Positions 10,736 through 21,447 of a DNA stretch of 64,000 bases are shown in pieces (positions within the stretch are counted from its first letter, which is position 1; each line of letters opens with the position of its first letter). Origin of the DNA: a virus; the IMG/VR virus record IMGVR_UViG_3300049719_000158, positions 25,732 through 89,731 of that record; one strand, written 5' to 3'. A program made the position numbers and the translations under genes. The notes under the pieces were generated by a model. It was not told the origin of the DNA and did no database searches. It saw only the letters and a list, made by a program, of their open reading frames with translations.

Positions 10736-11369
10736 TCATGCGGTACAGGACGTCGTCGTCTATCGTTGACATGTTGTCCAAGCGCGCTCTCTCGAGCTGA
10801 TCTTTTCTAAGAGCTTTTTTCTTCAAGTGCTCCACGTCGTGCTTTGCGAGGCGCTTTGATAATTTATCCACTATACCACATGCAACGCTGTTATTAACAA
10901 TGTAGAGGCGACAAAATTCACTTAGTATCGCCTGCAAGGGCAGGTCGCTAAGCAACAACTTCACTCGGCAACGCTGTAGTATTTCCTTTGGCACGACGAA
11001 GTGCGTCAAGGTGTGTGCGTCTTTTTTCTCCTGTCGCCTGGCTTTTTCTTCGTCTGAAATGGTGTGTTGATAGAAGTAAGGCCACTTTTTGTCAGTCCTT
11101 CGTGGCTTTACGTTTTCTGCATTTATTGCTTCTTGCTTTGCTTTTTCGAGGTTTTCTTTCGCAGTTGCAAAAGCCAAGTCGTTGACAATTTTTTCTGCCT
11201 GTACCTCATTGTCAGAGTACGCCCTACAAAACTCAACGAGAGTTGCCTGCATGCTAATGTCGAGCGGCAATAATTTTTCTCTGCACTTCTGCAACACGTC
11301 CTTGTGCAACACCAGGTGCACGGTGCGGTGCGTCATGAATGGATTTGTGTTTAGCGTTTCAATTGCCAC
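10704..11369 (-). CDS. Tandem ribbon-helix-helix-like protein
   Basis: Two internal repeats: HRTVHLVLHKDVLQKCREKLL..SMQ..EFCR and HTLTHFVVPKEILQRCRVKLL..LQ..EFCR. Confidence 0.55.
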   Translation of the reverse strand: MAIETLNTNPFMTHRTVHLVLHKDVLQKCREKLLPLDISMQATLVEFCRAYSDNEVQAEKIVNDLAFATAKENLEKAKQEAINAENVKPRRTDKKWPYFYQHTISDEEKARRQEKKDAHTLTHFVVPKEILQRCRVKLLLSDLPLQAILSEFCRLYIVNNSVACGIVDKLSKRLAKHDVEHLKKKALRKDQLERARLDNMSTIDDDVLYRMIDEKEEDEVH

Positions 11370-11383
11370 GATAAAATTATAAT

Positions 11384-11959
11384 TTACGAAAGTCCGTACT
11401 GTACACCTTGCGCGTAGCCATAGTCTAACAAACGAAGTTCACCATCTGCATTTGTTCCCCACTGTTGTGGAATTGCTAGTTCATCAAGATATAATCCTCC
11501 ATCAATACATTCTTTCGCAATTTTAATAAACGTATTGTCTAGGTCGATTCCATCAGACGCATCGTATACTAAATCTGACACATATCGTCCTGTTAATTTT
11601 TTAAATTGTTCGTCAGTTTCAATTGGATTCACGAGCTCACAAACCAACCATGACGGTTCGCTGCCTTCTTCGTGTTTTAAAATTTTTGTCACCGGTAAGT
11701 TTTTCAAACGTTCATAGTTACGAACCTCAAACGCATTTTGTTTAAGACCACGTAAACATGTAGCAATTTTTAAAACTGAGTGTGACGTCAACAAATACGC
11801 TGCTCGCGATGAGTTACCAAGACATTTTAGCCGTTCTTGTGCATATCTTCGAAGAATGACTATGTCATTGTCTTCAATGCTCAAAAATTCATTCCATTTG
11901 AACTTCTTGCTTGTCTCCTGTCGAATTTTTTCACGTATGAGTTGACGTAATAAGTCCAT
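11384..11959 (-). CDS. Protein-kinase-like fold protein
   Basis: LGNSSRAAY..VLKIA..QNAFE, WLVCE, D-x-x-x-x-QWG, LLDYG. Confidence 0.65.
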   Translation of the reverse strand: MDLLRQLIREKIRQETSKKFKWNEFLSIEDNDIVILRRYAQERLKCLGNSSRAAYLLTSHSVLKIATCLRGLKQNAFEVRNYERLKNLPVTKILKHEEGSEPSWLVCELVNPIETDEQFKKLTGRYVSDLVYDASDGIDLDNTFIKIAKECIDGGLYLDELAIPQQWGTNADGELRLLDYGYAQGVQYGLS

Positions 11960-11963
11960 CGCA

Positions 11964-12467
11964 TCACCCAGCCGCTGACGTCAATTCTGGGCCGCCGCCG
12001 ATGCCAGAATTGGGAGAAGCGTACTCACTGTCCTCGACGTCCTCTTGAGACTTGCCTACGACCAATCCATGTTGCTCTCTCAGCGCGTCCTCGAACGAGG
12101 TCACGATTGACTTGTTGTATGACTTCGTCAAGAAATTCTTTGCTCTGTTGACTATCGTGTCATGAAACTCAAGCAAGTTCTCGTAATTCTCGATCATGTT
12201 TGCGATGCTGTTCGCAAAGTTTTCAACGTCAAACTCGTCGAGCGTCTCGTCCTGCTTTGATTGTGTAGGCATGTCGCCTTCAAGGAGCTGGCGACAATAA
12301 CCAAACCAATCGTGCGTTTCGTTCTTCGCCTTGTGAGCCTCTTGTTCATATTCAGAAAAATAACGATCCAACTGATTATCTAACGACGCGCCAAGAACTC
12401 GCTTGTCTTTAATGACATTGCCCTCTTCATTGATCAATTGTCGAAGCTCTCGTAGTGTAATTTTCAT
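11964..12467 (-). CDS. Putative internal head protein
   Basis: MKITLRELRQLINEE leader. Confidence 0.55.
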   Translation of the reverse strand: MKITLRELRQLINEEGNVIKDKRVLGASLDNQLDRYFSEYEQEAHKAKNETHDWFGYCRQLLEGDMPTQSKQDETLDEFDVENFANSIANMIENYENLLEFHDTIVNRAKNFLTKSYNKSIVTSFEDALREQHGLVVGKSQEDVEDSEYASPNSGIGGGPELTSAAG

Positions 12468-13168
12468 AGCAACCTTGCGATTTTTTCTGATTTATTAAAT
12501 CTTTCTTCGATCACATTCCAATTTATGCTGCGCATGAACGCAATCGCTGCAGACTTTTTGTCGGTCGAGTAGTCGATTATGTTTGCGTGCTCGTACATGT
12601 CCAAGACTATCAGCGGCATGAAGCCCACCATGACGTCCTGTGACATGTTACTGATTATTGTGTTAATGTACGACTTTAGGAAAAAGTTATATCCACAAAC
12701 TGCCCATCCATTGCCGGCAGACAACGCGCAGGCAATGAAGTCTGTCTGCCAATCGTCAAACGTTCCGAATGTGCTCGACAACTTCATGTAAGGGAGACTG
12801 TCGACGTAGCACTCCGAATGAGGATCGAACGCATTAGCAAAGTATAATTCATGTAGTTGAACTGCGTTCAAGTTGTAAGTCTCATCGAGCTTCAGCAATC
12901 GAAACGTGCTGTGCCTTGAGTTCGTTTCATCTTTGTTCACGCCGTCGAGCTCAGCGCTCACCCTGTTAAAAGTTTCAACGTATTGCTTGTACAGCTCGGT
13001 GTGCAGCTTCTTCGTGCGTTCAGATGTGAGCTCTGAAACTTGCTTGTATTGCTTTGGCTCAGCAACGTAAGCCTCACCAAGCAGGTCTGACTTTGCGCCC
13101 TTCACGCTCGTCTTGACGATTGACTTAATGTCGAGCGAGCCAATGAGTTCTTCAATTGATTTTTTCAT
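12464..13168 (-). CDS. Fe/Mn superoxide dismutase-like protein with N-terminal extension
   Basis: KLH, LHELYF, FGTFDDW, GNGWA, LDMYEHA..DY, INW: all four metal ligands appear present. Confidence 0.85.
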   Translation of the reverse strand: MKKSIEELIGSLDIKSIVKTSVKGAKSDLLGEAYVAEPKQYKQVSELTSERTKKLHTELYKQYVETFNRVSAELDGVNKDETNSRHSTFRLLKLDETYNLNAVQLHELYFANAFDPHSECYVDSLPYMKLSSTFGTFDDWQTDFIACALSAGNGWAVCGYNFFLKSYINTIISNMSQDVMVGFMPLIVLDMYEHANIIDYSTDKKSAAIAFMRSINWNVIEERFNKSEKIARLL

Positions 13169-13191
13169 GTTCAACCTATAAGTATTTGTGA

Positions 13192-14134
13192 TTACGTTAG
13201 TTCAATCGGTAAATCTTTACGTTTAAATTGCGCATCTGTGACGCGTATTAATTTTAATTCATTTTCATTAAAATATTTGTCTTGTTCACGATCTGTGAGA
13301 TATTTTTTGTGTATCTGAACGTCACGCGGATGTTTATATTCAGCAATTACATCTAACGAGCGATTTAGACCGTGCCAATAGACACCATCAAACTGAACAT
13401 ATGTATTAATATCTTTGATGTAAAAGTCTATTGGCCATCCTTTGATTGAAATTTGACGTTCAACATTGATAAATTTTTTGCATAAAAATACGTAAAAATC
13501 GTCTTCTATTTTTGATTTTGCGTATGTACCATTTTTCTTCATTGTTTCATGTCGTTGTCTTGCACGTTTTTGTTGCGTCAAAATGAATTCTTAACATTAT
13601 TCCATTGTCTTTAATATTTTTCCACATTTTCATAGTACCTGCGACTGCTTTTGCAAGCACTTCTGGGCGTGCGACATTACACTCAACACCATATTTTTCA
13701 ATACACGTTTGTTTTATTTTTTCTTTCACACTTTTAGCTTGTTGATGATGTTCAACGCCAAAACGTACAAGACACGTTTGTTTTACTTTTTCTTTACATT
13801 CTTGTGTTTGAGAATAAAATTCAACACCGTTTTTATCAAAACAATTTTGTTTAATTGTTTGTCTTACTTCTTGCGCTTGCCATGGATTCTCAACGCCATA
13901 GTGAATAATACATGTTTCTTTAGATTTTTCTCTAATTTTTCCATGTCCAAGTGATATTTTCATACATTCAAGCGAACAATAATGACATTCACTTTCAATT
14001 GTTAATCCACCTCTGTGTTTGTTTTTACGTGAAAATTCTATACTACACGTATCACATTTTAACAAAACATATTCAATCATTAAATGAGAATGAGATGGAC
14101 GTTTGTGTGGTAAGAAATACGTAGATATAAACAC
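13192..14134 (-). pseudogene. Frameshifted Vsr/DUF559-like homing endonuclease
   Basis: (C/T)xEKYGVE repeats in 13547..14134; overlapping ORF 13192..13581 holds SKIED..IDFY..QFDGVYWHG nuclease domain. Confidence 0.75.
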
Positions 14135-14165
14135 ATTAAAATTATAATATATGTGTTATTACTTG

Positions 14166-14447
14166 TCATTCAAGGACGTATTCATTCTCGAACGTTGTAG
14201 CATCAACGATAAATAATTTACCTTCTGACGTTCGAAGTACGACATCTTGAGGTGAAACACTGTCAACTGTGTATTTTAATCCGGATTTACGATGTTGGAC
14301 CTTTAGCTCAGGTGCAACCAATATCGTGTCTTTGTCACCAACAACACCGGAGAACGTAATGTTTGCCTTTTCGCACAGCGTCTTGACGCGAGACGTCCAT
14401 TCTTCTCGCATTACGTCGATGATGTCTGTTTCAGTGAGCTTACGCAT
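14166..14447 (-). CDS. Hypothetical protein
   Basis: MRKLTETDIIDVMREE start, coupled to upstream gene. Confidence 0.55.
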   Translation of the reverse strand: MRKLTETDIIDVMREEWTSRVKTLCEKANITFSGVVGDKDTILVAPELKVQHRKSGLKYTVDSVSPQDVVLRTSEGKLFIVDATTFENEYVLE

Positions 14448-14448
14448 G

Positions 14449-14685
14449 TTATCTACTAACAATCTTCTCAACTTGTGAGATCATTTCAGGAATAAAAGAC
14501 GATTGAGCGTATTTGAGCGTTGAAAGGATCTCAACGTAATCATTGGTTGTTTTCATTTTGTCTATCATTTGTGATAAACTTTCAAGATCATTAAAAATAT
14601 CTTGTTTTCTGCGCCACCCAGATGAATATGCGTCAAGTTCTTCATTGATGATACGTCGTAATTGTGATGTCTTAATCGTCGACAT
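14449..14685 (-). CDS. Putative internal head protein
   Basis: MSTIKTSQLRRIINEEL leader; ATAATTA upstream. Confidence 0.55.
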   Translation of the reverse strand: MSTIKTSQLRRIINEELDAYSSGWRRKQDIFNDLESLSQMIDKMKTTNDYVEILSTLKYAQSSFIPEMISQVEKIVSR

Positions 14686-14695
14686 GTTATATTAA

Positions 14696-15232
14696 TTATT
14701 CGCCTGTCCAAACTTTACCGTCAAACGTTCTAATTAGGCCTAAACTAATTTTCTGAATTTCTTCTAATGTCGGTGGAATTATGTGTGTTCTCACTTCAAT
14801 TCCCGCTTCTCTCAGCATGTTCAATGCAACCATGAAAGTTTCACCCATACCGCCCGTAGGAGCATCTGTGCCGTCAGGAAACACGACAGTCTTTATTCCC
14901 GATTGTATGATCGCCCGTGCGCAGTCGGCACAGGGCGAGTGATTACAGTACAACGTGCATCCCTCAAGACTTTCACCACGACGCGCCGCAGCGTATACTG
15001 CATTTCGCTCAGCGTGCTCAACCCAGAAATATTTTGTTGGGCGCTCTGAGCGTTCTTCAACGTCATCTGACAAATTTCTTGGTATTCCGTTGTAGCCTGT
15101 CGCCCTGACGTTGCGCACGTCATCGACTATGACTGCGCCCACCTTCGTGGACGTGTCCTTTGACCATGATGATATCAGTTTGGCGAGCTCAAGAAACCGA
15201 TTGTCCCATTTGTTACTCACTTTGTCACCCAT
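14696..15232 (-). CDS. dCMP deaminase
   Basis: SKD.STKVGA, GYNG.PR, HAERNA, PCADC. Confidence 0.93.
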   Translation of the reverse strand: MGDKVSNKWDNRFLELAKLISSWSKDTSTKVGAVIVDDVRNVRATGYNGIPRNLSDDVEERSERPTKYFWVEHAERNAVYAAARRGESLEGCTLYCNHSPCADCARAIIQSGIKTVVFPDGTDAPTGGMGETFMVALNMLREAGIEVRTHIIPPTLEEIQKISLGLIRTFDGKVWTGE

Positions 15233-15364
15233 CGTAGCTGTTGCATGTATTGTTCTCGAACGTTAGCTCGTGAAGACACATCACCTGGGTTGTCACTGCT
15301 AAAACAATTGACGACGCGAGGCACGTCTCAATGAGGCACGCTGACACAACACACGTAGCTTCAA

Positions 15365-16171
15365 TCATTTCTTTGTCTTCCATTCTTTCACAGACGTGCG
15401 TGAGACTTCAACGAGCTCGTACTCAACGACTTCGCAGTCGTAGTCTTTACTGTAATGGTCGTTGTACGCTACCATGTGAGCGCTCACGTGACCACGCGTT
15501 GACCACGTTTTACCAACTTTTGTGAACACATTCGACCCAAGAGACGGTAATCGAAACAGTCCGGTTTTCTTGTTGCGAATTTTGTAGACTTTTTGTCTTT
15601 GATTTTCAGAATCACGTATGTCAATTTCACACAATTTAGAAAGTTGATCATGAAGCGCTTTTGCATCAATTGATTTATTTCCCCATGACGAAAGCAATGT
15701 GTTAAGTTTTGCGTCGTCTTTTTCGTCCCACTTAAGATCTGTTTTTACTTGAGTGGTGTCAATTCTATTTCCAACACACACTTTGTCGTCATAATGACGA
15801 GGATACCACTTCTTTGCACATGTGTTACATTTCATCATACCGTTTAACGTGTATGTAACATTTTTTGATGTACATTCCGGACAATATCCCATTGTAAGCG
15901 ATATTTGTTCGCGGTGTCTGTCACAATTTCCATCATGATCATAGTCACGTTCGCAGCACTGTTCGCCTTGAAATGCCCAGTAGACAAATTCTTTGAACAG
16001 TTCTCTTGAAACACAATAAACGTTCGTGTTTTCCTTTTCGTGATTGAACGGCCGCCAACAACCCGTGCCTTCAGTAAAATAGTCTTGATCGCTGAGCCAA
16101 TTATCAAACGGAGAATATTTCGAAACTTCAATCACAATTTCATTCAATCGATTTTTTCGAATGTCAATCAT
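15365..16171 (-). CDS. Hypothetical mosaic protein with zinc ribbon
   Basis: CPEC..CNTC; C-terminal VYKIRNKKTGLF..GKTW module. Confidence 0.55.
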   Translation of the reverse strand: MIDIRKNRLNEIVIEVSKYSPFDNWLSDQDYFTEGTGCWRPFNHEKENTNVYCVSRELFKEFVYWAFQGEQCCERDYDHDGNCDRHREQISLTMGYCPECTSKNVTYTLNGMMKCNTCAKKWYPRHYDDKVCVGNRIDTTQVKTDLKWDEKDDAKLNTLLSSWGNKSIDAKALHDQLSKLCEIDIRDSENQRQKVYKIRNKKTGLFRLPSLGSNVFTKVGKTWSTRGHVSAHMVAYNDHYSKDYDCEVVEYELVEVSRTSVKEWKTKK

Positions 16172-16352
16172 CTTTCAATCCTCTTTTGCTTTGCAAACTC
16201 AAGCGCGTGTGAGATCCAATCACATGAAATCACACCGTCGATCACCTTGTCGTACACTTCGTTCACCGCATCCTGTATTTGATACCACGATGTAGCAGTT
16301 TTAATTTTACTCTCAAACATGACAATTTCGTAAGGCTTGTTTTCCATGACAT

Positions 16353-17123
16353 TCACTTTCCATACAATTCTTCATAACGACGCTTCGTGATGCTAATTTC
16401 ACCAGTTTTTGCATAGTGATCTATGAGATAGAAGTGCCTGGAATAGATGTGGAGACTGCCTGCGTTCCAATAAAGATCACCAACGGGATAACCAATTTCT
16501 TGTACAAATTCTTTCAAAATTGTCTGCTGCCATGCACAATCGTTGCGGAGTCCCAGTATCGCGTCCGAGGAACGCATCGTGACTATCGCATTCAATTTTC
16601 CGTCACGCATTAGATATTGCACACAATTCGTACAAACAAAATCTTGACGTCCATTCAAATTATACTCGCTCCACATCGTGGGACGCGTATAGATGATGAT
16701 TGCTCTCCTGCTTTCGGGATTTTTCTTTAGCTCTTCAACTGCGTGTTCGAATTGGCGACCGTTTGCTTCTGATTTGACAATGTGGCCATAATTTGAATTG
16801 ATGAACCCATCCTTGTCAGCAACTGCTTTCCACACTGCGGGTGCACCACCCGGAATGTCGTTCACGTTCAGTGACATTGACTTGTACCACGCAAGCTCTC
16901 TCTCGATGTACTCGTGATTTAATTCTCCAAAGATCGTGTTCTCGTCAACAACAAACGTCGCATTGATGATCTCGACTGTGTCACCACCCATCAACGAAGT
17001 CATTGACGCTTCCCTGCAATAACCTGTGAACTTCTTCGCTTTGTATAAATTAACGAACTCTTTACGTACGTCTGCTACTGTGTGATGTTGCATGGTAATA
17101 TTGTATTCAACTCGTTGCGTCAC
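16353..17123 (-). CDS. dCMP hydroxymethylase-like enzyme (T4 gp42 family)
   Basis: INSNYG, SRRA..IYTRP.MW, DFVCTN, MRSSD..LG.RND.AW with Asp at the dCMP-specificity position, GSLHIY.RHF. Confidence 0.88.
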   Translation of the reverse strand: MTQRVEYNITMQHHTVADVRKEFVNLYKAKKFTGYCREASMTSLMGGDTVEIINATFVVDENTIFGELNHEYIERELAWYKSMSLNVNDIPGGAPAVWKAVADKDGFINSNYGHIVKSEANGRQFEHAVEELKKNPESRRAIIIYTRPTMWSEYNLNGRQDFVCTNCVQYLMRDGKLNAIVTMRSSDAILGLRNDCAWQQTILKEFVQEIGYPVGDLYWNAGSLHIYSRHFYLIDHYAKTGEISITKRRYEELYGK

Positions 17124-17631
17124 GTATTGTCATTGACCCACTTAAACACGTCGTCGCCAAAAACCGTCGTCATCATGCACTCATATGCCCAGTGTTGAAT
17201 GTCCTTGATTTCATACCCGTATTCACAAACGTGATCAACATTTTTCTTCGCAAGTTCAACGAGTTCATGCCAGTCGATACATAATTGTACATTTGGCTTC
17301 TCGCTTTTAACACGTTTACGACGTTCTAACTCTTCAATGAGTTCATCGTCATTGACGTCACGTAAAATACTCTCAAGGTTCATTTTTTGTCTCGCTCTTT
17401 CGCTTACGTGACTTCTTCTCGCGTGGTGGCAGTGCCAACACGACTTTTTGCTTCCCATCGTCTATCTCAACATTTGCAACAAAGTCAAACTTCTTCAGTT
17501 CATATAACTTATCAGTGTCACACCAGCCACCCACGGTGGTTGTGAGCACGAGGTCGACGTTGAGTAACTTTTTGCGCGACAGCTTGCATGCACACTTGAA
17601 TGCGTCGCTTGAAGTTGTCACAATAACGTAA

Positions 17632-18018
17632 TCAACGGTCATCATATACGTCCTTCACTTTTTTAAAATAACACTTCATTGATGTTATGTACTCACGCTT
17701 GTTGACGTAATATGCATCACTGTTTTCCTTCTTACCACACAATCTGTTCAAGTAACCACACGTTGGACACACGAATTGTCCTTCGTCCTCTTTCCAATAA
17801 TCACCCACCTGAACTGAATAGGGCGCAACGTAGAAGTGTGTCTGAATGTACGTTAGGTCTGACACCTTGTGCAACGTGTTGCAGCCTTTGTTTTTGTACC
17901 ACGGTGAACAACATCTTATGAGAACTTGTGAATGAAGTGCTTCAATTAACGAATTAATGTCACATCTTTTCTGCTCAAGTTGAGTTATTTTCTTTTCAAT
18001 CAGTTCGTTGTTCATTAC
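17632..18018 (-). CDS. Cys-rich hypothetical protein
   Basis: CPTCG and other Cys pairs. Confidence 0.55.
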   Translation of the reverse strand, partial: VMNNELIEKKITQLEQKRCDINSLIEALHSQVLIRCCSPWYKNKGCNTLHKVSDLTYIQTHFYVAPYSVQVGDYWKEDEGQFVCPTCGYLNRLCGKKENSDAYYVNKREYITSMKCYFKKVKDVYDDR

Positions 18019-18281
18019 GTTATCCAATCATCTGAAACACGATCCACGAGTATCCCGCAACGATACCGGAGACCAAAAACAACGCGTCAAAAATGTAATT
18101 CTTCATGTGAACTCCTACTTACGATTGTAATCAAACCTGTCACTGCGCACTTCTATCACGCCCATTTGTGCAAGGTAACAAATTATTGCTTCACGCACAA
18201 CGCCACCCTTTTGGCCGGTTGTCATGGCATATGCTTGTAGCTTTTCGTACAAGTCATTGTCGATGACATCAGACACTTCCT

Positions 18282-18503
18282 TCACTTTTCACATCCCTTG
18301 CAATTGCCTTCACACTTTACATTTGAACTATACCCATCCTTGTACCAATGCTGTCCCTTTAGCACGAATGACGTTCCAGCAATTTGTCGCTTCAACGCAG
18401 GCTGACCGCACGCTTCACACGTCGTCAAGGGTTCGGCTGTGATGCGTTGCTCAACTTCAAATTCTTTGTTGCATGAAGTACAAACGTAGGGATAAGTGGG
18501 CAC
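18282..18503 (-). CDS. FmdB-family zinc-ribbon protein
   Basis: MPTYPYVCTSC..FE..CEACG..TSFVLKG..WY..GY. Confidence 0.85.
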   Translation of the reverse strand: MPTYPYVCTSCNKEFEVEQRITAEPLTTCEACGQPALKRQIAGTSFVLKGQHWYKDGYSSNVKCEGNCKGCEK

Positions 18504-18537
18504 AGGTGATTTTCCTTTGTAATTACAATATCACACG

Positions 18538-19356
18538 TCACAAGTAGTTACACAAAACTTTCACTTCTTCATCAGTTAAGTCTTTCCATTCTTTGTCACG
18601 TAGCCTATTCAACAAACTGCCTTTGCATTGTCCGCAAGTCAACTTTCGAATGTCAGTGACAATGCGTTGTTTGAGCTCCTCAGGATTAACCCAATTTCCA
18701 ACGTTTGTGCACGAAGTCGAAAGGTGTGTTTTAAGAGGTTTCATGAGTTTAACGTCTTTTGACAAAGATATACGAATAAGTTTCATATTGTGTTCATGAA
18801 AGTATTCATTTTGTTTTATGTCAATCAACATTTTGTGATGTATTTGACCATCACGTGGCGTACGATGTTTTGCAATTTCTTCTATTGGTCTATCAAGACC
18901 ATGCCAATATGGGCCGTCATATTGAATGTATGTATCAATTGTATTCACGTAAAAATCAATTGCCCATATTGTTGATTACTTTTTGTTTCGTTCACCAAAA
19001 TCTTTGTCTAAGAAACGTGCACTTTCCATATATTTGTATGAACGTTGTTCAATGAGTGTTAATTCATCACCATGAACAAATTTAAGTACACGATCAATTT
19101 GTTCATAAGTAAATGTTTTTTGTGTTTTAAAATTTGAACGATTACATCCTAATAGTAATCGAAGTGGTGTTGTTTTAAACGTACCGCGTTTGCTATCAAC
19201 GCACGTGCAACGTCTCGCTATTGAAACATATGTTTCGTCAATAAGAGTAATTGTATTTCCGTGAAGAGATTTAATGAACTCTTTTATGTCGTCAAGCGTA
19301 TATTTCACAATCCCATAATTTCCATTGCTTTTTGCGTCGTAGCTTCGTATGAACAT
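18538..19356 (-). pseudogene. Decayed Vsr-like homing endonuclease, fused to a small downstream ORF
   Basis: In-frame TAA at 18976 precedes WAIDFY..QYDGPYWHGL; upstream TLIDETY/FLDKDFGE repeats match 26765..28003. Confidence 0.7.
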
Positions 19357-20576
19357 CGTTCTCTAATAACACGTTGCAAATTGTTTAAATGTTGTTGTTT
19401 TGATACTTGAAACGTATTCAATAGTTTATCGAGTGTATCAATAAAGTTTGAAAAATCTGGATTATACAAGAATGGATAACCCGCTTCTTTCGCTATTGCT
19501 GCGTATTCGTTACAATTTGCCCATATGGGCATCATACCAAGCGTTATACACTCTCTTGATGCAGTTCCTCCATACGTATCAACATCGTACGCGCCTATTA
19601 CAACGTGTGAATTTTTTGCAACAAATTTATATTCGTTTCTATTAAACGCATTGCCGCCAATACTAATATAGCCATGTGCGCCACACTTTTCTTCAAGTTG
19701 TTTATTTGAAAATTTCTGATTAGGATTTCCTGCGATAACAACAAAATCTTGTCGATGTTTGTAAAGTTTCGGAAGAATTTCAAACATAAATTTCATACCT
19801 CGAGTAAAATCATTACTTCCGGTACTGATACGATTAGGAAAAAACAGAATTTTCTTTCCCTTCGTCTTTTGTTCAAACTCACACATATCGAAACGTACGT
19901 TGTCATAATTTATTTCGGACGTAATTTCTGCAATCGAATATCCATCGTCATAGGGTGAGCTCTTCTTCATGATTTCGTCAACGACTTTATCCTGTAAAAC
20001 TTCTCTTGCATCATCTTCAAACTGATCAAGCGCCGTTTGACACTGCCAGAAATTATAATCAGCTTTTTGCGCCGCCTCAAGTTGTCCCAACCAAATTGAC
20101 GCTTCTTCAGGAAATTTTGGATTTGTTGGACAATCAATAAAATGTGCATGGACAACAAATTTTGGCGTATAACCAGCGCGTAAAAAGAATAATGCCTTAT
20201 AGTGCCTCAATAATAGTGGATCGTTAACATAAACGATATCATAGCGCATGTTTGTGTACGGCTTCATGCGTGTTAAGCTAAGTGCTTCGTCCATTTCGTC
20301 TATGTTGAAATCGTAACGCGTTGCAAGTGCGTTTGGAATGACACGATGTGCCTTGTAAAGGACCATCCCTCCACCTTGAAATAAGTCAGGATTTATTTGT
20401 TCCGGTTGTTCAACGAGTTGTTCACGAAGTGGCCCTGTGATGTCAATCAGGAGATTGGGAGACAATTTCAACATCTCTCGAATTCGTCCGACACACATCT
20501 GCCAGCCGCTGTCTTGTCCTAACCCTGCTTTACCATTAATAAAATTGCTTAATTGCGTTTGGAAAAGTACTCGCAT
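19305..20576 (-). CDS. GT-B fold glycosyltransferase, candidate DNA glycosyltransferase
   Basis: YDIVYVNDP, VVHAHF, ILFFPNRIS, D.YGG.A.RE....G..PI (GT4-like Ex7E region); lies between the gp42-like gene and a dNMP kinase. Confidence 0.7.
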   Translation of the reverse strand: MRVLFQTQLSNFINGKAGLGQDSGWQMCVGRIREMLKLSPNLLIDITGPLREQLVEQPEQINPDLFQGGGMVLYKAHRVIPNALATRYDFNIDEMDEALSLTRMKPYTNMRYDIVYVNDPLLLRHYKALFFLRAGYTPKFVVHAHFIDCPTNPKFPEEASIWLGQLEAAQKADYNFWQCQTALDQFEDDAREVLQDKVVDEIMKKSSPYDDGYSIAEITSEINYDNVRFDMCEFEQKTKGKKILFFPNRISTGSNDFTRGMKFMFEILPKLYKHRQDFVVIAGNPNQKFSNKQLEEKCGAHGYISIGGNAFNRNEYKFVAKNSHVVIGAYDVDTYGGTASRECITLGMMPIWANCNEYAAIAKEAGYPFLYNPDFSNFIDTLDKLLNTFQVSKQQHLNNLQRVIRERCSYEATTQKAMEIMGL

Positions 20577-21201
20577 ATGCTTCCTATTTTAATCACTGAC
20601 CAAATTTTTGTTAAGCATTCCACGTTTTCGAACGCTGTAATTCACGTATCCTCTGCGTCTATGCGGAAACTTATGTAAGTCTATGTTCATATCGTCCCAT
20701 ATGACGTCCCACAAAGGCGTGCTCATCGACCAATACGCATCATCGTTCTCGCCAGCGTCGATTGAACACTGTACAATTAGATTGTAAATTTGTTGAGAAT
20801 TACGTGCCAAATTCATGTTCAGCAGTTATTTGTGTCATGTACCAAATCGCCATTTTCAATGGACAATATTTATCAAGTAAAATTTCAGTGCAAATATTCA
20901 ATTCCAACAAACATAATTTTGTGTAATTCCACTTATCACGACGAATTTGTTCATGCGTGAACTGTGGAAAATCTTTCAGTGTTCCATCAATTGGATGGTA
21001 CCACTGTGGGTCGTCTTTGTACGCGTAAGACGCATATTGCATATCATGTTCATGGTGACATAATTCTAACATTTCACGAACTCCATGATCGTCTTCACGA
21101 TCTCGTGTTGCTTGTCTTCAAGGATTGTCTCATATCGTCCATTCAAATGCTCTTCATCGCTACACTTCACGACCATTTCGTCAGTGAACACACGTAACAT
21201 A

Positions 21202-21447
21202 TTATTTTCTTTTCTGGACACTTTCACGATAACGTTTAAGTAATTTATTGATCGAACTACTTGAACAATTCAGCATTTTTGCGATATTATCGACTGACAT
21301 TGTTTTTCGAAACTTAGCTACTTTTTCGTCATCAAGTTTTAATAACTTACCACGTGGTAAACGTTTATTTGTGACAAATATACCCGCATTAGATGCATTT
21401 TTTAAAATTTTGGTAATTTCTTTAAATGAACAGTCATAAGCATTCAT
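21202..21447 (-). CDS. Small HTH DNA-binding protein
   Basis: MSVDNIAKMLNCSSSSINKLL. Confidence 0.65.
   Translation of the reverse strand: MNAYDCSFKEITKILKNASNAGIFVTNKRLPRGKLLKLDDEKVAKFRKTMSVDNIAKMLNCSSSSINKLLKRYRESVQKRK

Noticed and set aside
16353-17123. Canonical ThyA
   Set aside because: It has DFVCTN and RND (gp42-type) rather than PCH and PFN, and ThyX is present
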